Assembly: GCA_963575745.1 (NCBI GenBank)
Contig: CAUYUJ010000088.1
Coordinates: 62,001 to 118,520 of the forward strand
From: Prorocentrum cordatum
Lineage: Eukaryota
DNA: 56,520 nucleotides
Direction of reading: 5' to 3'
Part shown: positions 37,037-48,346 of the stretch, piece by piece
Layout of the letters: each line of letters begins with the position of its first letter
Numbering within the stretch: the stretch's first letter is position 1
Position numbers and translations under genes: made by a program
Notes under the pieces: model-generated
What the model was told of the DNA's origin: nothing
Database searches by the model: none
What the model saw: the letters and a program-made list of their open reading frames with translations, nothing else

Positions 37037-37195
37037 AGGTGCCTCAGAGAGCCTGCCTCAGCCCTCCGAGGAAGCGCCTTCAGAGGCATCTCTTCTCACT
37101 TCGCGTCGTATCTCTTTCTTGTTATATCATGTCAGTTTTGGCAGCAGCACGAGCAAGCTATCTGGTGTAGGGACACCTGTCATCTTGCTGAGGGT

Positions 37196-38092
37196 GTGTT
37201 TGTTGCAATGTACATGAGCATGCAGGGGTATCTAAGGATGCGTGCTGACATGCAGCTTTTGGCTCATCGCTCGCGCCGCCCGCCAGGCCTCGCCACCATG
37301 TGGCGCCTTGCCTGCAGCCTGGCCCTCCCCTCGCTCGCTGGAGCACACCCGTCTTCAGGCGGTGCGCCCCAGCATGGAGGTGAGGTTCTCCTGCGACACG
37401 CTGAACGTGGGACCCTTTTCTACCTCTACGATGACAGCATCTACAAGTACGATCACTGCACCATTTTGGACCCGACCGTGAACGGCACCGTTGCCGCGGG
37501 TCCGTGCGGCATAGGCCAAGCACACAGTGGCGGCTTCAGCCCCGCTGTTGTGCCCCGCTATCGCCCTACGGGTCTCACCACTCCCCTGTGCGATAGGGGC
37601 GAACCTGAGGAGGACCCTGCTTTCTGGCACCTGATGATGATCCGCGCCCGGCTCATACCGTGTGCTGCGGCGTGGGCACCAGGCGAGGACAACCAGGACA
37701 TGTTCTGGGCATGGCTCGAGGACTGCGTCCCGTACATCCTGGCGACGCTTCATCTGCCACAGTACGATCACCTCTTTCAGGAGGAGTCTGAGGACACAAC
37801 CGACGCCCTGCGTCAGCGCACCGCGGTCGACATGTGCGAGGACATCTGGCACAGAGCGGGCCCCGACAGGCAGCGCATCAACCGCAACCTCACTCGTATC
37901 CAGAGCAGCCGCGAGTACGCCACCTGCTACTTTGGCCTCCTTCTGGAATACCAGGGCGCTCGTGCCACTCTCGTCGGCCCTGAGGCTTTCACGGCACCTT
38001 TGCCGCCATACCTCTCACGGGCCCATGCTTTGCTGCCAAGAGGCCTCCCTCCACCCGACCAAGACGCCATGGCGTACCACGCCGACGTGATC
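37196..38092 (+). CDS. Second ORF (probable ORF2 N-terminus), open to the gap, no recognisable domain
   Basis: ~300 open codons starting 160 nt after the ORF1 stop. The true start codon is uncertain. Confidence 0.55.
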
Positions 38093-38192
38093 NNNNNNNN
38101 NNNNNNNNNNNNNNNNNNNNNNNNNNNNNNNNNNNNNNNNNNNNNNNNNNNNNNNNNNNNNNNNNNNNNNNNNNNNNNNNNNNNNNNNNNNN
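38093..38192. other. Assembly gap (100 N)
   Basis: Run of N. Confidence 1.
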
Positions 38193-38219
38193 CTCGCTTG
38201 CTCGCGCGCAGTCCGCGCG

Positions 38220-40370
38220 GTCCACGCGCGCCAGTTTGTCGGACTTGATGTTGGTTGTCTCGAACTCGCCCCAGCATCGCGCAGCTCAGCGATCACCGCG
38301 CTGCTCCAGAGCCTCGACAATATTGCCATTGTATGCCACTGTGTCCAGGCCCTTCAGCACGCCAGTCACACCAGGCTGCATCTCTGTCGGCACGGGCTTG
38401 GGAGGGTGGCCATCCTTCCCCTCGCCCTTCTGGCGCTTCTCGGGGCCGTCGATCAGATCTGAGCCCGCCGCCCCGCCAGGCCGCTCCATGACTCTGCCCG
38501 CTTTTGCCTTTGCCCCTGCCCCTGCCTCTGCCTTTCCCTCGACCTCTGCCGCCCTTGCCCTCTCCAGCTGCGGCGCGCTGCCCCCTTGCCTCCTGCTTCG
38601 CTGCTTCGCCCGGGCCTTCTCGGATTCGGCCTCCGGGGGCGACCCGTGCCCCAATCCCAGGGCGACGACGACGACGGCGGCTGCTGCGGCGGCGACGGCG
38701 ACGGCGGCGACGGCGACGACGATGGCGACGGCGACGACGACGACGACGATGACGACAACGAAGGGCGACGAATTGAAAGAGGATGGAGAGGGCTAAGGGG
38801 CGGCACGAGTTATGACAGCGAGTGCGAGGATGCGAATGCGGAGGGGGGGGGGGGGGGGGGGCGGCCTTGAACTCGCCCGTTACTTTTCCGGGGAAAGGGG
38901 CTGGCATCGTAGACGTCGGCGTCCTGGAGCCAATTCATCCGCCCCTGGGCGCCGACGGGGCGAGGGGGGGGGGCGGCGGCAAGGGTGGGCCGTGCGCGGG
39001 TGGAGATGGCAAGGAGGATGAGGGGCACGGGCGTTTTGTGTTCCCGTGCGTCCTCCGCCTCGGCGGCGTCGCAGCCAGCCGCCCCTGCCCCCTCCCCCTC
39101 CTCCTCCGCGAGCTCCTCATCTTCTTCATCCTCTGCCTCGCTCTCCTCGCGTTCTTCTTCCCCCTCGCCATCCTCATCTTCGTCGCCGACGAAGTTGTCG
39201 GGCCCGCCCTCGTCGTCCTCCTCGTCGGCGTTGTCCGAGTCGTCGTCGTCGACTGCGCTGCCTTTCGACCTCCGCGGCTTTGAGCAGCATGAGTGGAAGC
39301 GGCGGCCTTAGCAGCTGCGGCTGCCTTGGCAGCTGCCTTGCACTTGGCCTTCGGCCTGGGCCCGCCCTCCGCGGCGTCGCCGCCCTTCCGCGCCCAGCCT
39401 GGCACCTCGCTCTGCGTCCCGTCCAGGAACTTTGCGGTGCGCAGATCTCCAGGCACTGGGGGCTGCCTCACCTCCGCCGCCTGCTCGGGATCGCCGCGCG
39501 CCTCGCCCTCCACGGTGAGCGAGCGGTGCGCGGCGTGCGACGGCGGCGCCCCCATTGGCGAACGCGACGTAGTGGCAGTCGTAAGGCTCGTTGAAGTCGT
39601 CGAAGCACTCCATCGCGCGCGCCCGCCCGCCGTCGTCGGCGTCCAAGGCGAGGGCGGCCCAACTGAACATGCTGTCCACGTCAACGTTGTCGTGCTGCGG
39701 TCGCCCACGTCGGGCTGGCCATCGACGCGCCCGGGGGGCGCCGCGGCGTTGTCGGGGCGGGGCGCGGCTCGACCGCCGCCGACCCCGCGGGCGCGTCGGC
39801 CGCCGCCAGCTGCGGCGTGGGCCGCGGCGCCGCCGTCGGCATGGCTGGCGGGGCCTCGGGCGGAACCCCTGAGGCCGAGGAGCCAGCGGCGCCCGCCGCG
39901 ACGGCCGCCTAGGCCACAGGGCCAGCGGCGCCAGCCCCATCGCTGGGCGACTGATCAGCGGTCGGCTGGTACATCGCGGGGCGAGGGAAGTACATCATGA
40001 AGCCGCGTGTTGAATCCCTGTGCCACTCGCGCCTGACGTGGTAGAACAGGCACTTGAATTTCTGCACAACCTGCCCTGCTTTCGCCTCCCTCTCTTTGAG
40101 GACCCTTGGAGGCTTGTCGATCGCAGTTTCGAGGCACTTTGCCCCCCTCGCGTCTTTGTCCTGATATCGCCACAACAATCCTTTCGCTAGTGCACTCCAG
40201 CTCGCATTAAGCATGAGGCACGCCGTCTGGTGGAACATGGCCCCCTCGACGCGGGCCTCCATCTGCTGGACGTCGACGGGCTCCTGGGGGCACTCGCAAA
40301 CATCATCTATCGGCTTGCAGACCGCATCGAAAACCTCTCTCCTGTCCTACCTAACTCCTCCCTCCTCTTT
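38220..40370 (-). pseudogene. Decayed hypothetical gene fragments, ending in a small SH3/KOW-like beta module
   Basis: Coding-like islands (EVFDAVCKPIDDVC...KFKCLFYHVRREW; VDSMFSWAAL...) between low-complexity tracts. Terminal PGVTGVLKGLDTVAYNGNIVEALEQRGDR*AAML/GEFETTNIKSDKL fits a GL....NG......R..V......K..NL pattern. Confidence 0.35.
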
Positions 40371-41041
40371 AACGTCCTCCGTCGCCTCGTCGCCCTCCTC
40401 GGCGTTGCCCTCCTCCCCCTCCGTCCCCATCCTCGCCCCCCCCCCCCCGGCCATCCCGCCCCCATATGGGGGTGGGGGGGGGGGGGGGGGGGCGGGGGGG
40501 ATGGCGGGGGAACTGAAGAGGGGGGAGGAGGAGGAGGAGGAGAGGAGGAAGGAGGAGGAGTGAGGAGGAGGAGGAGGAGGAGGAGGACAAGTGGCGGAAT
40601 GCCATGCATTCTAACTCCCCCCCCCCCGCCCGATGTCGTCGCCCCCGTTCATGAGCTCGCGCAGGGGCGATCCGACCTCCTCGGGAGTCGCCGCCCAGTT
40701 GGCCGCGCGCCGCCCCATGGCCTGCCGATCCCGCCCGCGGGAGGGGCGGGGCGAGACGCCGAGGAGGGGGCGGGGGGCCAGATATGGAGGACATGCGCGG
40801 ACGCCGAAGCGGGCGGAAAGGGCGAGGTGGGAAGGGGGGCGGAGGAGGGAGAGGGGGGTGAACAGCTCTGCCCGAGCCCCGCCCCCTCCAGCAAGGGCGA
40901 AGCCGCGCTCGCGCGCGGCGGGGCGGCCGACGGCCGCTGCAGTGCCAGGGCTAAAAACTGCAGGGCAGCAGCAGCGCAGGGGTTATTGGCCTGACGAAAG
41001 ACCAAACCATGCGTAGTTGTGAATACCGCAATTGTGGATAT

Positions 41042-42471
41042 ATTCCTCGGTGGCGCCCCCGGGCCACGAAACGAGTGAGGGGTGTGCCGAAATGGGGGGG
41101 TGGAGCCGCATGCGAGCGCAGCCACTGGGGCGTTCGGTGGGGCTCCCTATGGGGCCACGAAACGTGTGAGGGGTGTGCAAAAATAAGGGGGTGGAACCGC
41201 ATGCGAGCGCAGCCGCTGGGGCCTTCGGTGGAGCTCCCTATGGAGCCACGAAACGTGTGAGGGGTGTGCCAGAATGGGGGGGTGGAACCGCATGCGGGCG
41301 CAGCCACTGGGGCCTTCGGTGGAGCCCCCATATGGGGCCACGGAACGTGTGAGGGGTATGCCAGAATGGTCGGTGGAACGACATGCGGGCGCAGCCGCTG
41401 GGGCCTTCGGTGGAGCTCCCTATGGGGCCACGGAACGTGTGAGGGGTGTGCGAGAATGGGGGGTGGAACCGCATGCGGGCGCAGCCACTGGGGCCTTCGG
41501 TGGAGCTCCCTATGGGGCCACGAAGCGTGTGAGGGGTGTGCCAGAATGGGGGTGGAACCGCATGCGGGCGCAGCCACTGGGCCTTCGGTGGAGCTCCCTA
41601 TGGGGCCACGAAACGTGTGAGGGGTGTGCCAGAATAGGGGGTGGGGGAAACCGCATGCGGGCGCAGCGACTGGGGCCTTCGGTGGAGCTCCCTATGGGGC
41701 CACGAAACGTGTGAGGGGTGTGCCAGAATGGGGGGTGGAACCGCATGCGGGCGCAGCCACTGGGGCCTTCGGTGGAGCTCCCTATGGGGCCACGAAACGT
41801 GTGAGGGGTGTGCCAGAATGGGGGGTGGAACCGCATGCGGGCGCAGCCACTGGGGCCTTCGGTGGAGCTCCCTATGGGGCCACGAAACGTGTGAGGGGTG
41901 TGCCAGAATGGGGGGTGGAACCGCATGCGGGCGCAGCCACTGGGGCCTTCGGTGGAGCTCCCTATGGGGCCACGAAACGTGTGAGGGGTGTGCCAGAATG
42001 GGGGGTGGAACCGCATGCGGGCGCAGCCACTGGGGCCTTCGGTGGAGCTCCCTATGGGGCCACGAAACGTGTGAGGGGTGTGCCAGAATGGGGGGTGGAA
42101 CCGCATGCGGGCGCAGCCACTGGGGCCTTCGGTGGAGCTCCCTATGGGGCCACGAAACGTGTGAGGGGTGTGCCAGAATGGGGGGTGGAACCGCATGCGG
42201 GCGCAGCCACTGGGGCCTTCGGTGGAGCTCCCTATGGGGCCACGAAGCGTGTGAGGGGTGTGCCAGAATGGAGGGTGGAACCGCATGCGGGCGCAGCCAC
42301 TGGGGCCTTCGGTGGATCTCCCTATGGGGCCACGAAACGTGTGAGGGGTGTGCCAGAATGGGCGTGGGAGGGGGAGGAGGGGGGAGGAAGGGGAGGAGGA
42401 GGATGGAGGAGGAGGAACGCGGGGCGACGTCTCTTCAAAACGATGACCCAACACCACAAGATGGTTGGGAA
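41042..42471 (+). mobile_element. Putative non-autonomous satellite-carrying element, copy B (90-bp array)
   Basis: attcctcggtgg, then the array, then a GGA-rich tract, then ctcttcaaaacgatgaCCCAAC-accacaagatg-GTTGGGaa. Same layout as 1690-2554. Confidence 0.55.
41060..42360. repeat. Tandem minisatellite, 90-bp unit, ~14.4 copies
   Basis: Unit starts ggggccacgaaacgtgtgaggggtgtgccagaatg and ends ccttcggtggagctccctat. Copies from ~41696 to 42235 are identical and the left copies are diverged. Confidence 0.99.
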
Positions 42472-42699
42472 AAACCAAAGTTCCCAGACACTGGCTTTGG
42501 AATGATGAAGAATAGCTCTTATGTGGCCTAAGTTAACATGATATTGTGAAAAAAACTCACATAATAAGATTATAGCTCACACAATAACATTCTAGCCCCC
42601 AACATCGCGCTTCAGTTATCAATAGCATATGATTTTGGTATATAGCTACATAAACAGGACGCACCTCATTTTAGCCTACAGCCCGACAGAAAAAATGGC

Positions 42700-43305
42700 A
42701 CCACCATCAAAATTATCAGCATCACCTCATCATCATCATCGTCATCGTCAAGATCATCATCATCGGGACACCATCATCGTAATCATCATCATTATCATCA
42801 TCATCGGCACACCATCATCATCACCATCATCATCAACAGCACCACCATCAACCTGACCACCATCACCATCACCATCGGGATACCATCATCATTATTTTCA
42901 TCACCGTCATCTTCAAATCACCTGGGCATCATCAATCTCGCCAGGATCATCAACATCCGCATCATCATCGGGGTACCAGCATCATCGTCACCAGCAACAT
43001 CACCATCATCGGCATCATCATCATCGGGTCACCATCATCATCACCACCATCACCATCATCATCAACATCGCCAACACCATCATCACCACCATCGGGACAC
43101 CATCATCACCAACACCATCACCACCATCGTTATCATCCTTATCATCATAATCATCAGCATCATCATCGTCAACATCATCATCAACATCATCATCATCATC
43201 ATCATCATCATCGGGACACCGACGGGACACCGGCGGAACACCGGTGGGGCACCGCGCGCCACCAGCCCCCGAGCGGGACACCCGCGGGACACCGCGGGGC
43301 ACCGG
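42700..43305. repeat. (CAT)/(CAC)n low-complexity block followed by short gggacaccg repeats
   Basis: Read directly. Confidence 0.92.
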
Positions 43306-43929
43306 TTGCCGGAAGGGAGACTTTTGGTCTGGCCGCGCCTCTATCTACAGGAGACTTATTTCTCGCCCGCCAACGCAGCTTCGCCTCGCCCGCGCGCACG
43401 GCACGCGCGAACACGAAACCGAAACCGATTTCCCGGTAGGGGGGCTCTCCGCTTGACTTCGATCTCACCCCCTCACTTCCGATGTGTGTAAGTATCCTTC
43501 TTTCCGGGGGGAAAGATCGCCCGCTCGCCGGCCGGTCGCGGGCCCGCCAAGCGCCCGCCAGGCGCCCTCGTTCGGCCCCCCCCCCCCAGAAGTGAGAGAA
43601 GGGCAGGAGTGGGAGGAAGAAGCGCGAGGTCGCGCGCTTCGCGGCCACATGGCTCCACCGACGGCCGCAGCGGCTGCGTTCGCATCCGCCCAACGAGCGC
43701 ACATTCCTCGCACGTTCCGCGGCCTATTATTGCTCCATCGAGGGCTGCGGCGGCTGGCTCTCGTCAGAAATGGGCCCCCCGTGGCCAGGGGGGGCTCTCC
43801 GCGTCGGGATGGGGAATTTGAGAAATTTCAAACGATTCGCGCAGCCCCACCAGCCCATCCAGAAAACGATGCCCACAGGAATTGCCTCGATCAGGAAAGT
43901 GGGCAACGCGCAAAAGGAAGGGCCCCCCA

Positions 43930-45060
43930 GTGGGGGCCTCTTGGAGCGGCGTTTAGGGGGCCTCTTGGCGGCCCCGGGCGCCTCTGAGAGCGCGTCGGGT
44001 GCCTCGGAGAGCTTCTTGGGGCCTTCTGGAGGTCTCTTGGGGGCCTCTTGGAGGCTTCTAGGGCGCCTGTCGGGCCCCCCCGGCGCCTCCTGGGCGCTTC
44101 TTGGGGCTTTCTTTAAGCGCTCTTGGGGGCCTTGGGGTCGCTCTCGGGGCCATCTTGGACGATGTCGAAGGGAACATTAATTCGCGCTGTCCTTGTTGGC
44201 CTCCTGAGGGGTGGTCCTGATTTGCGCCCCCCCCCCCCCCCCCCCCCTTGTGATCGATCTCGCCCAAGATGGCCCAAAGATGGCCCCCGAGGCCCCCAGG
44301 GGCGCCCCCAGATGGCCCAAAGAGGTGGCCAGGAAGCCCCAAGAGGCCCCCAGCACGCCCGCAAAGCTCCCAAGATACCCCCAAGAGGCACCAAAAGACC
44401 CCCCACAGGCGCCCAAGATGCTACAGGAGGCCCCTGCGAAAATGCCAAATCATTGATGTTACTGAGGTTTTAGCCACATGTTGGCCTCCTTGGGGGGGCA
44501 CGGATTAAGATGACTTCAAGGGCGCCTGGGGGAGCCCGAGATGACCTCCAATATGGCTCAAGATACCCCAAGATGTCGTATAATGGCTCCCACGATGCTC
44601 CAAGATGCCCCAAGACCGCTCCAAGACGGCTCCGAGTGGCCAAAGAGCTCCCCCAGGAGGCCTCGAAGAGGCCAAAACCTGAGGAAATGTGATGTGTTTG
44701 GTTTTCTCGCTTTTTCGCTTCCCATGGCCATCCGAGGCCTCAAGATGGCTCCAAGATGGCCCAAGAGGGCTCCAAGAGGGGCTCGAGGGAGCCCAGGGCG
44801 GCCCCAAGAGCGCCCAAGAGCGGAGAAAGAGCGTCCCAAGAGGCGATTTGTCGGGCTCCCGAGGGGCAGCGCTTCTTGTTTGATCGACGCCCTCCAAGAT
44901 GGCCCCGAGAGCGACCCCGAGGCTCCCAAGAACTCTTCAAGAGGGCCCCAAGAGGCGCCCGGGAGGCCCCAACAGGCGCCCAAGAGGCCTCCAAGAGGCT
45001 CCCAAGAGACCCCCAAGAAGGCCCCAAAAAGCTCCCCGAGGCACCCAAGACGTTCCAATA
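43930..45060. repeat. CCAAGAGGCCC-family repeat cluster containing a ~170-bp inverted repeat pair
   Basis: 43997-44168 is approximately the reverse complement of 44884-45046, e.g. ggggtcgctctcggggccatcttgga versus tccaagatggccccgagagcgacccc. Confidence 0.85.
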
Positions 45061-47019
45061 GGCCTCCACCGGATGACCCTTCCTCTGCGTGCTGCCCACT
45101 TCCCTCATCGAAGCAATTTTTCTGGGCATCCTTTCTGGATGGGCTGGCGGGGTTAGGCGAAGCGTCTACCAATTTCTGAAAACTCAGATGTTTCAGACGA
45201 CGTCGAGTATATCAGATGATCCAGGCGAGCTTACCGACATCAGTCCATCGAACTTATCATGGCGAGTTCATCGAACTTAAACCGACGACGCGGCGATCGT
45301 CGTCAGCAGCGACAGCGATAGAGGTTTCGGGGAATGGGTGCAAATCGTCGTCATGTTTACGCCCCTCTTCCCCCGACACATCTTCTTGGCAACCCCTTCC
45401 TCGGCGTGCCGCGTTGGATCCAGTTGGGGCTGCCTTGGGGTCTTATTCACAAGACCTGGGTTATTTTAAGCATGCGATCGCGTGCATTCATATATGCACG
45501 CGCGCATGCTATCTGCACCATTGCGCCCATTGTACTAAAGACCTGAGAATACTTCTACCCTCGCTGAGGGGGCCCTGTCCACCTGGCGGCGAAAGCGGTA
45601 GCCGCGCCGCCCGTGGTTGGTCGAGGGGCAGGCGGGTTTTCCCAGGAGCGGGGTGGATCTGCAGGCAGCGAAGGAGGGGCGCCAAGAGTCAAACGAACCC
45701 TCTCGTTTCTGGCCTTCACTGTTTGGGGTTCTCGCGGCTTGGGCCGTGCATCCTTGCGCCCGCGAGCCTTGCTTCCTTGCGCCCTTGCCTCGTGCGCTGG
45801 CGGTGGGGGACGATAAGTACGAATGCGTTCAAATGTTTAAAAAATATAAGCACGTAACCTTCAGGAATGCCGCTCGGATTATCCAAACTGGCATTGACTC
45901 CCCGGCGGCGCCTTCGGCGCCGCTCTTGGCGCGCAGAACGCGCCAAAGAAAGGGGGATCAACGCCGATCCAGGAAATCCGCGCGGTCCTCCTGCAGCTTC
46001 TGTTCATGCAATTCTTCATCCAACAATCATAACACCCCAACGTTAAATCAACGAACGCACGCTACACCCCCCCGTTCCCTTGCCATTTCATGTTCAAATC
46101 TGTTCGCTTCTAGTTTGCGAATGTTGCTCCCCGCGTGGGGCGTGGGCTTGGCAACATGGATCAGACCCCCCTTCCAAAACCATGGTTTCGCGTGTGGCCT
46201 GGAAGCGTTCTGATCTGTCATCGCCACAATCTTCTGAGAGAAAAGAAACCTTCTGGTTGGGGCCGAAGCGTTTTTCAAAGGTAGACTGAGAGGATTGCCC
46301 GTGGGTGACCCAGATCGTTCCCATTTCCTGGGACGCAGAATGTCGCTTGCTTTGTCTTGCCAGCGGTGCCAGCATGCAGCATTCAAACCAGATTGGAAAG
46401 TCAGATTCCCTTGGTGCGCTGCAACAGCGGAGCGGGCATTGCCAAATTGCACCATCACCAAGGGGTCTGGGGGCACCCTGAGAAATAGGGAAAATCGGGG
46501 CCACAAATAGGTCCTTCGTTGGCGCCCGATCGACATCCTCAGAAAGGGCCGTTTCATGCCCCCCCCCCCCCCCCTGCATTTATGACGTCCACCCAGGTGG
46601 ATCCTGATGGTGACGTCCGTTTGAAGTGCACTGTTTGCCGTGCTGCGAAGAGTTCTTGGCCGTGGGCCACCACAGGTGCCACGACAATAAACAAGTTTTC
46701 CTTGATGTAGCACCAGAGGAGCAAGGAGCATAATGATGCATCGCAAGGGCAAGGGCTAGTGAATGGTCACCGTGTGCCTGCTTCCGAGGACAGCCTTTTC
46801 CTTCTCCTTCTTCTCCTCCTCCTCCTTCTCACTCTCCCCCTCCTCTTCCTTCTCCCCCTCCTCTTCCGCTTCATTTTCGTCCTCTTCCGCGTTTCTTTTT
46901 GGCTCTTCGTCATCTTGCTGGGCTTAGGCCCAGGGTTCTCTTGTGGTTCGCCCCCGGGTTTCACTGGTGGGCCGGCGAATTTCTTCTGTGACAGATATCG
47001 GTGTCGAGGTGGGCCGGCG

Positions 47020-47440
47020 AAATAAGTTTTGAGGATGTCTCGAGCCAAACGCTTGGTGTTCAGAATTTGTTGAGGATGTCTCGAGCGAAACGCTTGTTTT
47101 GCGTTGCAGATTGTCTTCTCCTGGGGGCCTGAATTCGGAAGATCTCTCAAGTGAAATGCTTGTTTTCACGTGCCCGAGTCTCGAGGATTTCTCGAGCGAG
47201 ACGCTTGCGCCTCCAGGTTGCCCAGACAGATGTCTAGCCCGAGGATTTGTTGAGGATGTTTCGAACCAGAGGCTTGTTTTCACGTGTCAAGATCGCCCAA
47301 GCGGATGCCTACATGAGGATGCGTCGAAGAAGTCTCGATCGAGACGCTTGATTGCACGTGTCCAGGTTGCCCAGGCGGATGTCTAGCATGAGGGCGTGCT
47401 GGGAACGTCTTGATCGAAACGCGTGTTTTCACGCGTCCAG
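47020..47440. repeat. Degenerate tandem repeat, ~45-60-bp unit (gaggatgtctcgagcgaaacgcttgttttcacg)
   Basis: About 7 diverged copies, inside the first interruption of the hAT gene. Confidence 0.8.
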
Positions 47441-47451
47441 GTCGCCCGGGC

Positions 47452-48346
47452 ACAGCGCAGCCCTCGGCGCGGTGCATCAGTACATCAATATCGATACTTT
47501 TAGCATTGCAGCCTGGCGCGATGCCTGGCACGTTCCGCCGAGCGTCCCGCGGCGAGCCCCCCTGGCGCGTCGCGAGGTGTGCGTCCATTGGCGCGTTCCG
47601 TAGCGCATCCCCTAGGCGCGTCCCGCGGCGCGCCCCCGCGGCACGCCCCCTGGCACGTCGCCCGGCGCGCCCCCTGTGACGTCCCGCGGCGCGTCCTCCT
47701 GGCATGCCCCCTCTGCTGTCGATGAGTTCTGGGGCGGCTACCATCTGCTCAGGTAGCTCGAGCTTACGATCCAGATCAGTTCGGTCAGGGCTCGGATGCA
47801 AGAAGGACTCGACCCACAACGCTATATAGAGCACAACCGCGGCATGTCACATCGCAATTCAACACGGCGCAGCACAGCGCAGCACAGCCGTCGGCACGGC
47901 ACACCAAGATCGATACATTCAACATTGCACCTTGGCGCGTTTTTTATCGCATTCCGTGGCGAGTCCACCTGGCACGTCGCGCGGCGCGCCCCCTGGCGCG
48001 TCCCGCGGCGCGTCCATTGGCGCGTAGCGCGTCCCCTTGGCACGCCCCGCGGTGCGCCCCCATGGCGCGCCCCCTGGCACGTCGCCCGGCGCGCCCCTTG
48101 GAACGTTCCGCGGCGCGTCCTCCCGGCATGCCCCCTCTGTCGAAGAGTTCCGGGGCAGCTGCCATCTTCTCAGGCAGCTCAAGCTTAAGATCCAGATCAG
48201 TTCGGTCATGGCTTGGATGCCGGGGAGGACTCGATCCACGACGCTATAAAGAACACAATCGCGGCATGGCACGTCGCAGTTCAGCACGGCGAAGCACAGC
48301 ACAGCCCTCGGCACAATGCATCAATATCGATGCAGTCAGCATTGCA
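47452..48346. repeat. Tandem duplication, ~420-bp unit, two copies plus a partial third
   Basis: cagcc(c/g)tcggc...atcgat...cattgca at ~47458, ~47884 and ~48302, and gatccagatcagttcggtca at ~47768 and ~48189. Confidence 0.9.

Larger units (their letters stand above)
34303..38092 (+). mobile_element. 5' part of a large non-LTR retrotransposon (5' UTR, ORF1, start of second ORF), cut by the assembly gap
   Basis: Begins directly after (CT)n. Two long intact intronless co-oriented ORFs with uniform composition, unlike the decayed flanks. No RT is visible before the gap, so the class is inferred. Confidence 0.6.

Noticed and set aside
41060..42360. CRISPR array, or a repeat protein from the 293-322-aa ORFs
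   Set aside because: Units are head-to-tail with no unique spacers and no cas genes nearby. The frames stay open only because the unit is 90 bp and stop-poor on both strands.
44553..44562. tggctcaag as a spliced-leader relic
   Set aside because: Only 9 nt, and it lies within the CCAAGA-type repeat, which readily produces this word.
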